Shown piece by piece: positions 11,810-25,121 of a DNA stretch of 64,000 bases. The stretch's first letter is position 1, and each line of letters begins with the position of its first letter. Made by a program: the position numbers and the translations under genes. Source of the stretch: Squalus acanthias (Eukaryota); assembly GCA_030390025.1 (NCBI GenBank), contig CM059428.1, positions 19,902,001 to 19,966,000 on the forward strand. The letters run 5' to 3'. The notes under the pieces are model-generated. The model ran no database searches. It saw nothing but the letters and a program-made list of their open reading frames with translations, and was not told where the DNA came from.

Positions 11810-12925
11810 TGGTTTCTCTTTCCCACCCTTCTTAAATAATGGAGTGACACTAGTAAATGTCCAATCTAACAGCACATTTCTCGAATGAAGAAAACGTTGA
11901 AAGATTATGATTAACACTTCTGCAATTTCCTTACCTACTTCTTTGAATACCATAAGGTGGAAACCAGCATGTCCTGGAGATTTATTTGTCCTAATTAGCA
12001 TTATTTTCTCCATAACTTTTTTTTGGACTTATTTTGAATCCAATAAGTTCCTCCCCATGATTTATAATTAGTTTCCCTTCTATCACTGGTATTGTATCCT
12101 CTTCCTCAACTGTGAAAACGTATACAAAGTACTCGTTCAATAAATCTGCCATTACCATCTAGACTATTACAGTGCGACCTGCTTTAATGGGCCCACATCT
12201 CTCTTAACCACTCTCTTACCCAATATATTTATAAAAAACCTTTACTATTAGCCCTTGTATTACTTGCAAGTTTTTTTTTCATTTTTTTTGCAGTCCATAC
12301 TGTTTTCTTTGTCTCCCGTTGTTGCTTTCTATATTTCTCCTAGTCCGCTAGATTAGCACTTTTCTTGGCATTTGTGCAAGTCATTTCCTTTAACTTTCTA
12401 CTGTTTTTTACCTCATATGTTGACCATGGTTGCTTTAATGTGCAGGTAGAACTTTTGCTCTTTAGGGATATGTATTTGTCTTGTATTGTGCTAAATACTT
12501 CTTTGAATACTTCCCACTGTTTTTCTGTACGTTTTACCTGTTAAAAGCCCACTTTAATGTGTTCAGTTTACGTCTCATTGCTTCAAAGTCAGCCTTATTT
12601 AAGTTTAAACCCTTGGTTTATGTGTGATCTTTCTCCTTCTCAAACTCAATGTCAGACTCTATCATGTTATAAACACTGTTTGAAAGATGCTTCCTTACTG
12701 CCAAAATATACAATATACAGCCCTATTTATTGTTCCAGCCCGTTTCAGGTACAGCCCATCCCAGCGGTACAGCTCCTTCCTGTCCTAGTACTGGTGCCAG
12801 TGTCCCATGAAATGGAACTCCTCCTTCCCACACCAGTCTTTCAGCCAAGCATTCCACTTTCCTGATCTGTTTGTCCCTATGCCAGTTCGCACGTACCTTG
12901 AGTAATAATCCTGAGATTAGTACCC
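11810..12925 (-). mobile_element. Decayed CR1 LINE fragments (ORF2 part; ORF1 esterase-like part at ~12725-12925)
   Basis: KSPG..GFH..VFKEVGKEIAEVL...VTPLFKKG in minus ORF 11714..12013; RVLISGLL and HWHQY..RKELYRWDGL remnants. Confidence 0.75.
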
Positions 12926-13526
12926 TTGAATAACCACTAGAAATACGTGGGGACTGACCAGCACTTTTTCTCTCACCAGAAGAGTAAAACAAGGTTGTGC
13001 ATTAACATCCTTCCTGTTCAATGTTTTCAATGGCATGTTGAATGGCATCTTAAAGAGAGGCTGAGAATGCCCATTCCAAGCTTTTCTCAGATGATTTGTT
13101 GCTAATGGACTTGTCTGCTGTTTTGAACCCTGGGTTTACGAGTTGCAAGTGGTTGTGAGTGCACCCATGTCTTGTTTTATGGCCAATGTTCTGAAGATAT
13201 TGATTGGAAATTTCATACAGATACCAGAGATTTGGGGATCACAACTTTAGCTTCGAGACTGATTTTTGAGATCACCCCAAGAAGGGAGAAAGACTCTTGT
13301 GGTCTTTCTCATCTCTTAAACTGTGAGGTGTATTTGATACCAGATGACCCTGAAGTAGGGACAATCCAGTCCTCTGTGCTAGAAAGTTGCATGGTTCGAC
13401 CAGATTAAGCTTCAGCAATACCCCTACATACACCTGGAGGTATTCTTGTCAACTTGTGTCTAACTTCTCTGGGCTTAGATATGTGGGGTGCAACCCTACA
13501 GGGAAATAGTACACGTTCCATACCAA

Positions 13527-13745
13527 CAGCAACAACAACTTGCATTCATACACCGCCTTTAACATAGTAAAATGTCCCAAGGCGCTTCACAGGAGCATTA
13601 TCAGACAAAGTGTGACACTGAGCCACAGAAAGAGCTATTAGGACAGATGACCAAAAGCTTGGTCCAAGAGATAGATTTTAAGGAGCAACTTAAAGGAGGA
13701 AAGAGAAGTAGACCGGCAGAGAGGTTTAGGGAGAGAATTCCAGGG
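13527..13745 (-). mobile_element. L2 3' fragment
   Basis: aacaacaacttgcattcata...gaccaaaagcttggtc, reverse complement of the L2 tail. Confidence 0.75.
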
Positions 13746-14136
13746 CAAACGGATGCTCGACTTATGATTTCTCAATAGTTTCATTTGGAGACTCTTAAGC
13801 AAAGCTGGGTTTCTGCGAGAGTCAGATACGTAGCTGACCAAAAGATTCTGTAATGGCCTATATGACAGCATAGAATACCCGTGTTGCTGAAAACATCTTT
13901 GCATTAGGAGGTAAGCACTTTGGTTTCCCAAAAGAGTAACCGCAATAAAAACTATTGAGTTATTTTAGGGGCTGTGATTATTTTAAGGCCACTCTGGTAT
14001 TTATTGGTCTAGTAGAAGTTGTTACATTCCTCCTGCACATTTTGTCCTTTGAATTCAAATTTTTTAGGTCTGCTAATGAGACTCAATGAATGATGAATAG
14101 ATTTAACCTTTTTTGTTGTTGTACGTTTCTTCTCAG

Positions 14137-14224
14137 GTGCATGGCATTGTACGTCGATCCAGTTCTTTCAACACTGGGCGTATTGAGCATTTGTACAAGA
14201 ATCCTCGCACACACATGGAAGGGA
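14137..14224 (+). CDS. GMDS: GMDS coding exon (exon 3 equivalent, 88 nt)
   Basis: ttcttctcAG, then [29 protein letters not shown]+A, then GTAAGT; phase 0/1. Confidence 0.97.
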
Positions 14225-15728
14225 GTAAGTTCGTGTTTGTACATGGTTGACACTTTTCTTTTACCATTAAACTGTTCCCTTGCCGAATTTACTTCCCTTT
14301 TTGACTTTAGTTTTTTGTCCGGCTGCACTAATAAAAACTTTTTTAACTTGTTAATTAATAAGCATCCAATTTGGTGGTATGACAGCTTTTGAACCACATT
14401 TTCGTTTTCACAGTTTCGCCACCTTAGTCCATCAGTAAAACTGTGATAGCAGTTATTTGATGCATTTTATTACGCTGATGTAAATTTTAAAACCTTTTTA
14501 GGCAATTATGGTGATGTAAAACTATACATTGGCACAGATTCTGGTTGTTGCGAAGTTACCTTTTAATACTGTAAGGAATTTTCCTGTTAATTGCCAATAA
14601 TTTTATAAAACCTTTTTGTTGCGTTCTGTCATTTGTTTACTTCAGGTTATAAAGCTTGTTGAACTAATTTACTATGATGGGTTCTGATTGAATGTTTTAT
14701 TTTTTTTTGTAATAACATTGAGAAACTTCCATATTAAGAATATACTTAAACATTTAACATTGAGTTGATGCAGGTAATGCAAGAAAATTACATTTTAATT
14801 TGGTGATTCTTATTATCTCCAACGTATTTAAAATTGATTGATTGAATATTTTAAATTTGAAATTGTGGTGGCAGTAGGAGCTGTTGATGAGCAGTCACTA
14901 CGGTAGTGTCCATTGAGTTAATGCAATTATATCTAATATGGAGAATTAATTGTGTTGTGGTTCAACATTGGTCAATAGAACAGTAGTTCAAGGGCACCAT
15001 TGAATTCATACATGTAAGAAAGTGAAATATGGAGCTTTCGAACAATGGGGAGGATGAAGAGAGAGAGAGTTGTAAATTATAAACAGGAAGTGTAGAAACA
15101 AACCTAGCTGTGAACTGGCTCTGGTCCAGCCTTCTTTCTCTGGATCATTCTTAATAAGGACACTGGACCACTGACTGACTACTTTCTGTTGTTGGGCTGA
15201 GCCATTAAATTATTTGTGCACTTAGTTGTTTTCCCATTTTCTCCATCATAGTGCAAATATATGTTAATACTCTGCTTTGTAATATATTAAAATTTTGTTT
15301 TTCGATCTTTAATTCCAGTTGGTGGTTAATGACTCATTGTTTTGGAATGCCTCATTATTGACCTTTCATTTTCATTAAAAACCTTCATTCGCTTTTTCTT
15401 TGAATTATGATAACATTAAAGAGATAACATCATTGTTTTCTCTATAATTTTGATCCATAATTAAGCTGTTTGGATATTTTGTAGCACTAATATAGTAGCC
15501 CCTCTCTAACATTCTTGGATGGACCACTACTGCTTAATTAAGTGTTATCTTTTTTATTTTTATTTCATTAACAGAGAGACAATATAAAATAACCTGTCTA
15601 TAACACGGCCTGACCTAATTTCAGTTGGACTTCAAAGACAATGGTTTGGAGAATGTTCATTGTGTTGGTATTATTGATTTGGTAAATTCTAGACACTGCT
15701 GACACTAACTTGGGCTTTCAATTTACAG

Positions 15729-15838
15729 ATATGAAGCTGCACTATGGGGACCTCACTGACAGCACGTGCCTAGTAAAGATCATCAACGAAGTGAAGCCCA
15801 CTGAAATCTATAACCTGGGTGCACAGAGCCATGTTAAG
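15729..15838 (+). CDS. GMDS: GMDS coding exon (exon 4 equivalent, 110 nt)
   Basis: tttacAG, then (N)[36 protein letters not shown], then GTAAGT; phase 1/0, compatible with the previous exon. Confidence 0.98.
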
Positions 15839-16304
15839 GTAAGTGATTTTGAGCAGAATATTGTATTGCCTGTCAGTACATATCTAGAACGTAAACTTAA
15901 TGGGACTTGCATGCATAATGTCATCCTGAGCGATTCACAGTGTTTTAGGAAAATTAGGCAACTGTCTAATTGTGCTGATGGACACAGGTAAATTAAAATT
16001 AATTGATAATAAAGACCCTGCAATATTAAAATGGTTTCAAATCTAAACTGCACAAGTTAGCACAGCACAGTGTAGAAACAAATATAGAACCAAGCGCATT
16101 TTTTTCTCAATAAGTTGCTTTTTTCCTTTTCAAGATGTTTAACTCTGGTTTTATAATTTATGCAAGTATGACATGATGTTTGGGCTGAACTTTGTGGACA
16201 CTAATCTCTAGTTCCTCTGTAGTTAAAAGCTGAGATTGGGCTGTTTTGCCTGAGGGTAAATGTTTGCACATGGTGAACACGTCAGAGAAATAGCAATGGT
16301 CTGA

Positions 16305-19000
16305 CATCGAGAGAGTTTTCTAGATCAGTATGTCGAGGAACCAACTAGGGAACAGGTAACAGGCTATTTTAGATCTAGCATTGTGCAATGAGAAAGGGTT
16401 AATTAATAACCTTGTAGTAAAGGAGCCTCTGGGGAAGATTGATCATAATATGACAGAATTTTATGAGTTTGAGAGTGATTTAGTTAAGTCCTAAACTAGG
16501 TTCTTAAATCTGAACATACAAACTACGTAGGTATGAGGGCAAGTTGGCTAAGGTAGATTGGGAAACCAGATTAAAAGATATGACAGTAGATAAACAATGG
16601 CAAATATTTAAAGAATTAATTTATAATTCGCAACGAATATACATTCTTCTAAGGAATAAAAATACCATGGGATTACTAGTCCAACCGTGGCTAATAAGAG
16701 AAGTTTTAAAGAAAGAGGCTTATAATTTTGCCAAAAAGAGTAGCAAGCCTGAGGATTGGGAGGATTTTAGAATTAAGCAAAGGATGACCAAGAAATTGAT
16801 AAAGAAAAGAGAATATGAGAGTAAACTAGCAAGATACATAAAAACAATTGTAAAAGCTTCTACAGATATGTAAAACGGAAGAGATTAGTGAACATAAACT
16901 GGGTCCCTTAGAGGCAGAGACAGGAGAAATTATAATGGGGAATAAGGAAATGGCAGAGACATTAAACAAATACTTTGTACCTGTCTTCACGGTAGAAGAC
17001 ACAAATAACATTCCGGAAATAGTGGGGAACCAAGGGTCTAGCAAGATTTTATTTTTAATCTGTTCATGGGATGTGGGTGTCGCTGGCAAGGCCAGCACTT
17101 ATTGCCCTTGAGAAGGTGGTGGTGAGCCGCCGACTTGAACCGCTGCACTCCTTGAGGTGAAGGTATCCGACAGTGCTGTTAAGGAGGGAGTTCCAGGATT
17201 TTGACCCAGTGACGATGAAGGATCGGCGATATATTTCCAAGTCAGGATGATGTGTGACTTGTCCTTTTAGGTGGTAGAGGTCGCGGGTTTCGGAGGTGCT
17301 GTTGAAGAAGCCTTGGCGAGTTGCTGCAGTGCATCTTGTAGATGGTACACACTGCAGCCACAGTGCGCTGATGGTGGAGGGAGTGAATGTTTAAGGTGGT
17401 GGATGGGATGCCAATGAAGCAGGTTGCTTTGTCCTGGATGGTGTCGAGCTTCTTGAGTGTTGTTGGAGCAGCATTGATCCAGGCAAGTGGAGAGTATTCC
17501 ATCACACTCCTGACTTGTGCCTTGTAGATGGTGGAAGGGCTTTGGGGAGTCAGGAGGTGAGATACTTGCAGAATACCCAGCCTCTGATCTGTTCTTGTAG
17601 CCATGGTATTTATGTGGCTGGTCCAGTTAAGTTTCTGGTCAATGGTGACCCCCAGGATGTGGATGTTGTTGGTGGGGGATTCAGCGATGGTAATGCCGTT
17701 GAATGTCATGGGGAGGTGGTTAGACTCTCTCTTGATTGGGCAGAGTCAACATGGATTTATGAAAGGGAAGTCATCTTTGACAACTCTAATAGAGTTTTTT
17801 GAGGTTGTAACTAGCATGGTAGATAAGGGCAAACCAGTGGATGTAGTGTATTTGGATTTTCAAAAAGCATTCAGTAAGGTTCCACACAAGAGGTGCTCAT
17901 GGGATTGGGGGTAATGTATTAGCATGGACTGAGGATTGGGTAACGGACAGAAAACAGAGAGTAGGAATAAGCGGGACTTTCAGGTTGGCAGGCTGTAACT
18001 AGCGGGGTACCGCAAGGATCAGTGTTTGGGCCGCAGCTATTTACAATCTATATTAATGACTTAGATGAAGCGACTGAGTGTAATGTATCCAAGTTTGCTG
18101 ATGATACAAAGTTAGGTGGGAAAGTAAGCTGTGAGGAGGACGCAAAGAGGCTGCAGAGAGATATAGACAGGTTGACTGAATGGGCAAGAACATGGCAAAT
18201 GGAATACAATGTGGGGAAGTGTGAATTTATCCACTTTGGTAGGGGGAAGAAAAACAGAATATTTTTTGAATGGTGAGAGACTAGGAAATGTTTGCCTTCA
18301 GAAGGACCTGGGTGTCCTTGTACATGAATCACAGAAAGGTACAGCAATCAATTAAGAAAGCAAATGGTATGTTAGCTTTTGTTACAAAGGGATTAGAGTA
18401 TAAGAGTAAAGAAGTCTTACTACAATTATACAGGGCATTGGTGATGCCACACCTGGAGTACTGTGTACAGTTCTGGTCTCCTTACCTAAGGAAAGACATA
18501 CTTGCCATAGAGGGAGTGCAACGAAGGTTCACTAGACTGGTTCCTGGGATGAGGGAATTGCCCTATGAGGAGAGATTGAGTAGACTAGGCCTATATTTCC
18601 TAGAGTTTAGAAGAATGAGAGGCGATCTAATTGAAACATATAAAATTCTTAAGGGGCTTGACAGGGTTAATGCTGAGAAACTGTTTCTCCTGGCTGGGGA
18701 ATCTAGAACACGGGGTCACAGTCTAAGAATAAGGGGTCGGCCATTTAGGACTGAGATGAGGAGAAATTTCTTCATTCAAAGGGTTGTGAATCTTTGGAAT
18801 TCTCCATCCCAGAGAGCTATGGATGCTCAGTCGTTGACTATATTCAAGACTGAGGTTGATCGATTTTTGGATACTAAGGGAACCAAAGGGATATGGGGAT
18901 AGTGCGGGAAGGTGGTGTTGAGGTAGATGATCAGCCATAATCTGATTGAATGGTGGATCAGGCTCGAATGGCCTACTCCTGCTGCTATTTCTTCTGTTCT
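16305..19000 (+). mobile_element. CR1 LINE, degenerate ORF2 to 3' UTR, interrupted at ~17047-17732
   Basis: QHGFMKGKS, DVVYLDFQKAF, KFADDTK, HLEYCVQFWSP, RRMRGDLIE; 3' UTR gaatggcctactcctgc. Confidence 0.92.
17047..17732 (-). mobile_element. 3' fragment of a second LINE family (CR1/L2 supergroup, Crack/Daphne-like)
   Basis: ILGVTIDQKLNWTSHIN...YKAQVRSVMEYSPLAW; A-rich tail at ~17047; same family as 41742-43152. Confidence 0.88.
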
Positions 19001-20392
19001 TATCCGCTCTTTTTTCTGATCCATCTTCCCCTGAAAAATGTCATTTGAGAGAAATTATTTTGATCATTGTTGAAAAGGGCATCCCATTAAGTTGTTGACA
19101 AGTAGATTGAAGAGTATCAAACCCTGAATATCCTGAGGACAAAAAACAACAACTTGTCAGTTTATAGCTTCAATGTTCCTGGAATAAACCATGCTATTTT
19201 TTTAAGAATTATAAATTGTTGCTTGTGATTGATGTTTATTAGAGCTTAGTGGGCTAAAGGGTGTATTAATGTGGTTACCAATTAAAGCAGAAGAATGTGG
19301 CTAGGTGGGATGATAGCAGGTGATGGTTGGTGCATTATGAGACTGGATGTAGCAAAGGTGTCAGGGAGTGGTTTGAGGGTGGCATAGTAGCAGAGGAATA
19401 TTTTGGGTGTGGCATGAGTCAGGAGAGGATGCTATGAAAGTATATTAACTCCTACAGAACTGTGCCAAATCTTTCACATGAAAATAGAGTACAAGCGATT
19501 CCTGATTCTGTATAAATTGTACTTTATGCTAAATAAAAAGCTCTGTACTAAATTCCCAGGTTGGTACTTTAGGCCCAAGTGCAACCTGATCGACATTTAA
19601 ACCCTGCTCTTCTCAGTGAACAAAATGATGTGGCTCTCCGGCACAGTGGTAGATGGAATGCAGTGCTGTAGAACACTAATCCTTCCACAGTGGACTGACG
19701 AGACAATCTATGTGAAACCAAAGGAACAGGAAAAAGAACATTAAGCCTGTTCCTTCCACAGACCAGCTATCATGGACTGTACCCAAGTTTAATCATCTGA
19801 GGAAAAACTGTACAAAGTTTATCTTTCTCAGCCTTCCTCAAAGATCAATTGTGCAAAACCTCTAAAACCTATCTAATCTTATATCCTACATTATTTATTC
19901 TTGACAGATTATCTTCATTTCCATGGTCCCAGCAACTTGTTATAGAGCCTTCAGTTCCATTTTGAACCTTACATTCAACCAGCTCTTTATCAAAACAAAT
20001 CTTTTGATACCCCTTTTGCTGGTGGTCTATTGTATATAATCACTATTGTACATGGAAAGTTATCCTTCGAATCTCAAGCCTAGCTTGAGCCTCATCCATT
20101 TTATCATCAAGGCCTCCAGTTCCATGTTGATGGGCAAAGTTAAATATCTTTTATGAATATTAAATATCTTATTTGCTTCTACACCATTGTTTCCGCTCAG
20201 CATTTTACACATTAGGATTGTACTTCATCAGTTCAGTTCTATTATTTTCTCTTTGTAAGTTAGAGTCTTAAGTTCTAGGTGGAGCCCACATCCACCATTA
20301 TAGCTAAGGTACACCTGCTTCCACTTGGCGTACAGCCCGTCAACATTAGGTTCAAGCCTTATTCCTTTTTTCTTGAATATCACAATAACATT

Positions 20393-23076
20393 GGTAAGAA
20401 AGGTGGAGGAGTAGCATTGTTAATCAAGGATAGTTTAACAGCGGCAGAAAGGCAGTTCGAGGGGGATCTGCCGTCTGAGGTAATATGGGCTGAAGTTAGA
20501 AATCGGAAAGGAGCGGTCACGTTGTTAGGAGTTTTCTACAGGCCCCCAAATAGTAATAGAGATGTGGAGGAAGAAATTGCAAAGCAGATTATGAATAGGT
20601 GTGGAGGTCACAGAGTAGTTGTCATGGGTGACTTCAACTTTCCAAATATTGATTGGAACCTTTATAGGTCAAACAGTTCGGATGGGATAGTTTTTGCACA
20701 GTGTGTGCAGGAGGGTTTCCTGACACAATATGTGGATAGGCTGACAAGAGCTGGGGCCACGTTGGATTTGGTACTGGGTAATGAACCGGGCCAAGTGTTT
20801 GATTTGTATGTGGGAGAGCACTTTGGAGATAGTGACCACAATTCGGTAACTTTCACTATTGCAATGGAGAGGGATAGGGCCATACGGCAGGGCAGGGTTT
20901 ATAATTGGGGGAGGGGTAATTATGATGCGATTAGGCAAGAATTAGGGAGTATAAGATGGGAACAGAAACTATCAGGGAAAGGCACAAACGAAAAGTGGAG
21001 CTTTTTCATGGAGCAATTACTGCGTGTCCTTGGTAGGTATGTCCCTGTCAGGCAGGGAGGAAATGGCCGAGTGAGAGAACCATGGTTCACAAAAGAGGTT
21101 GAATGTCTAGTCAAGAGGAAAAAGGAAGCGTATGTAAGGATGAGAAAACAAGGTTCAGTTGGGTCGATTGAGGGGTACAAGGTAGCAAGGAATGAGCTAA
21201 AAAAAGAGCTTAGGAGAGCTAGGAGGGGGCATGAGAAGTCCTTGGCGGGTCGGATCAAGAAAAACCCCAAGGCCTTTTACTCTTATGTGAGAAATAAAAG
21301 AATGACCAGGGTGAGGGTAGGGCTGGTCAAGGACAGTAGTGGGAACTTGTGCATGGAGTCAGAAGAGATAGGAGAGGTGATGAATGAATACTTTTCGTCA
21401 GTGTTCACCGAGGAGAGGGGCCATGTTCTTGAGGATGAGAGTGTGATAAAGGTGGATAGGCTGGAGGTGGTAGATGTTCTGAGGGAAGATGTTTTAGCAA
21501 TTTTGAAGAACCTGAGGGTCGATAAGTCCCCTGGGCCAGATGGGATATATCCTAGGATTCTTTGGGAGGCAAGGGAGGAGATTGCAGAGCCTCTGGCTTT
21601 GATCTTTGGGTCCTCACTGTCCACGGGAATGGTGCCAGAGGACTGGAGAGTGGCGAATGTTGTTCCTCTCTTCAAGAAAGGAAATAGGAATGACCCTGGT
21701 AATTATAGGCCGGTTAGTCTTACTTTGGTGGTTGGTAAGATAATGGAAAAGGTCCTGAGGGATAGGATTTATGACCATTTGGAAAGGGGCAACTTAATCA
21801 GGGATAGTCAACACGGATTCGTGAAGGGTAAGTCTTGCCTAACAAATTTGATTGAATTCTTTGAGGAGGTAACTAAGTGTGTAGATGAAGGTAGAGCAGT
21901 TGATGTCGTATACATGGATTTTAGTAAGGCGTTTGATAAGGTTCCCCATGGTCGGCTCATGAAGAAAGTAAGGAGTTGTGGGATAGAGGGAAATTTGGCC
22001 GATTGGATAAGTAACTGGCTATCTCATAGAAGGCAGAGGGTGGTGGTGGATGGAGCATTTTCGGACTGGAGACCAGTTACCAGCGGTGTGCCACAGGGGT
22101 CGGTGCTGGGTCCTCTGCTGTTTGTGATTTTTATCAATGAGTTGGAGGAGGGGACTGAAGGGTGGATCAGTAAATTTGCTGATGACACCAAGATTGGTGG
22201 AGCAGTGGATGAGGTGGAGGGCTGTTGTAGGCTGCAAAGAGACATTGATAGGATGCAGAGCTGGGCCGAAAAATGGCAGATGGAATTTAACCCTGATAAG
22301 TGCAAGGTGATTCATTTTGGTAGGGCAAATTTGAATAAGGATTACAGGGTCAACGGCAGGGTTCTGAGGAACGTGGAGGAACAGAGGGATCTGGGGGTTC
22401 ATATCCACAGATCTCTGAAGGTTGCCACTCAAGTGGATAGAGCAGTAAAGAAGGCCTATGGTGTGTTGGCGTTTATTAACAGAGGGTTTGAGTTTAAGAA
22501 CCGTGAGGTTATGCTGCAACTGTACAGGACCTTGGTGAGACCACATTTGGAATATTGTGTGCAGTTCTGGTCACCTCACTATAGGAAGGACGTGGAAGCA
22601 TTGGAAAGAGTGCAAAGGAGATTTACCAGGATGCTGCCTGGTTTGGGGGGGAGGTCTTATGAGGAAAGATTGAGGGAGTTGGGGCTTTTCTCTTTAGAGC
22701 GGAGGAGGATGAGAGGCGACTTAATAGAGGTTTATAAGATGATGAGGGGGATAGATAGAGTGGATGTTCAGAGACTATTTCCTCGGGTAGAGGCAGCTGT
22801 TACAAGGGGGCATAACTATAAGGTGCATGGGGGGAGATATAGAAGGGATGTCCGAGGTAGATTCTTTACTCAGAGAGTGGTTGGGGTGTGGAATGGACTG
22901 CCTGCTGTGATAGTGGAGTCGGACACTTTAGGAACTTTCAAGCGGTTATTGGATAAGCACATGGAGCACACCAGAGTGATAGGGAGTGTGATAGCTTGAT
23001 CTTGGTCTCGGACAATGCTCGGCACAACATCGAGGGCCGAAGGGCCTGTACTGTGCTGTACTGTTCTATGTTCTAT
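20393..23076 (+). mobile_element. Young 5'-truncated CR1 LINE with uninterrupted ORF2 (partial APE + RT), stop at 22999
   Basis: GGGVALL, YRPP, MGDFNFP, LDLVL, SDHN (APE); NYRPVSL, QHGF, DFSKAFDKV, GVPQGSVLGP, FADD (RT); 3' UTR hairpin gggccgaagggcc and gttctat repeats. Confidence 0.97.
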
Positions 23077-23149
23077 TTGCTGTCCTCTTGCCCTTAGGTA
23101 CAACTTGTATATTTAAGAAATTCCTAAAATGTTAACCAGAGACTCTCCT

Positions 23150-24043
23150 ATTTCCTTAAAATAAGGTAAGTGGTGAGGGGGTGTCTGGAGGCATTTATGG
23201 TCAGGAGGAAGGAAACCTGGGGTAAAGGAGGCCCAAGGTTTCCTTGTGGGGCCTGAAGGAGCACTCCTGCACCTCCCAGCCCACAAGGAAACCAAAAAAA
23301 GATTTAATTTACTAGCTTTTCTGGACCACTTCTGGCCCTGCGGCTGCTTGCCGCCACTTTTCACTGCGACTCAGTGCGACTTGCACGATCCTTCCAAGCC
23401 AAGGGCACTGAGGCTAATTGTAGCATTACTGCCACATTAATAAACTGTTAGAATTATAGCACCACCGCGGCTCTCGGGTAAGTGGGGGGGGACGAAGGGG
23501 TAAGAAAGAACGCCAGAGTGGGGGAGAGAGAGAGAGAGAGAGCGATCGGGCGTCGGGAAGCCTGGAGGTCGGTGGGGTGGGGGCGGAAGGGAGATCGATG
23601 GTCAAGGAGCCTGGTGGTCGGAGCCAGGGGAGGTAGATTGGGGGACGGGGCCGGGGGAGAGAGATCAGGGCCTGGAGGTTGGGAATCTCGGGGCTGGGAG
23701 TGGCGATAATTGGGATGGTGCGTTACAGGTAAGTAACTTACCTTTTTTTGCAGGAGATCTTTAAGCTTGGTTTCCCCGAGTGCAGCCGGCGCTAGCACTG
23801 GCTGCCTCAGGGCAAACCAATGTTACAGTGGGGACCAGAAACAGGCATTGGGTCCCTTATTTGCATATGCAAAGGGCATGATGCCTGCTTCATATGTGAG
23901 TAAAGGATAACTCTTGTTTGGCATTACCCAATATGGCGGCCAGCGCATTTCTGGTCGGAAGTGCTTCCTCCCTGCCATTTTGGGGCCTAAGTAGGCCACC
24001 TATCACCTTAAAAACAAGTGCTATGCGACCTAATTTCTAGGCC
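23150..24043. mobile_element. Partial Harbinger-type MITE (right end visible)
   Basis: Ends AATTTCTAGGCC (TIR GGCCTAGAAATT, matching the family consensus); purine-rich interior; left end not identified. Confidence 0.5.
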
Positions 24044-24184
24044 TTAGAGTTTACAACATAAGATGAAATTACTAAACACTTAGAGAAGCATTGGTTTGTA
24101 AAGGGCTTGTTGTGATTGACTGATTTAATCTTTTCAGGAAATCAGAGTTTATAGATAAAGGAATGTGGTGGATGTATCAGTAGA

Positions 24185-24600
24185 TTTTTTTTATTCATTC
24201 GTGGGATGTGGGCATCGCTGGCAAGGCCGGCATTTATTGACCATTCCTAATTGCCCTTGAGAAGGTGGTGGTGAGCCACCTTCTTGAACCGCAGAGGGCA
24301 GTTAAGAGTAAATCACGTTGGTGTGGGTCTGGAGTCACATTTCGGCCAGACCAGGTAAAGACGGCAGATTTCCTTCCCTAAAGGACATTAGTGAACCAGA
24401 TGGGTTTTTATGACAATCCGGTAGTTTCATGGTCACCATTACTGACACTAGTTTTTTTTTTTAACTTCCAGATTTATTTAATTAACTGAGTTTAAATTCC
24501 CCAGCTGCCATGTTGGGATTTGAACTCTTGTCTCTGGACCATTAGTCCAGGCATCTAGATTGCTAGTCCAGTAACATATCCACTATGCTACTGTACCCCT
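24185..24600 (-). mobile_element. tRNA-headed SINE inserted in a decayed CR1 fragment
   Basis: Minus strand begins ggggtacagtagcatagtgg (A box) ... gagttcaaatccc (B box); 3' tail nearly identical to the tails of the LINEs at 17047 and 41742. Confidence 0.85.
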
Positions 24601-25047
24601 GATAAGGTGCCATATAAGAGACTTGTTGGAAAATGAAGGCACGTGGTATAAGAGAGAATACACTTACATGGATAAAGAGAGAGCAAGGGGCAGGGATTTA
24701 AATGGTGGATTATGTACTAAACCTCATAACATCTGCCCTAATTTACATGTTCCTTGAAGAAGCAATGTCTTATTATGTCTATGGCATTGCTTCATAATTT
24801 TCTCCTCTCTCTGGTTGTCGTTTTAACCTCTGGGATATTGAAATCCTAAATAATTATTATAATCAATTTCTGCTGCCACACTAACTTGTTTAAACGGTAA
24901 TCCATCTACCTATTAATCATGAGCTGACAGTCAAAAGCAGTTGCCAGTTATTACTTGGTTGCCCTTATCATTACTAATTTCTGCCTAATCTGCTTCCTCC
25001 AGCTTTCAATGGGGCTATTCTATTTTCCAAACATGCCATATTGAAAC

Positions 25048-25121
25048 AATACTGGAAATACCAGCAGGTCCATCAGCATCTGTAAAGAGAAAAGAGGGGT
25101 TAATGTTTCAGACGTGGACTC
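25048..25121 (-). mobile_element. Remnant of a short Penelope-associated repeat
   Basis: ctggaaataccagcaggtccatcagcatctgtaaagagaaa resembles 436-480 within the Penelope arm. Confidence 0.5.

Noticed and set aside
15710-15991. 93-aa ORF as a stand-alone CDS
   Set aside because: Only 15729-15838 is GMDS exon; the rest is intron read-through. The same applies to 5149..5364.
20279-20392. N-terminal 38 aa of the 906-aa ORF
   Set aside because: Flanking sequence that happens to be in frame (GTG start). CR1 similarity begins at ~20393, so this is not a host gene.
24520-24600. tRNA-like A/B boxes (also ~30607, ~55860, ~59000)
   Set aside because: SINE heads attached to SINE bodies; no complete cloverleaf.
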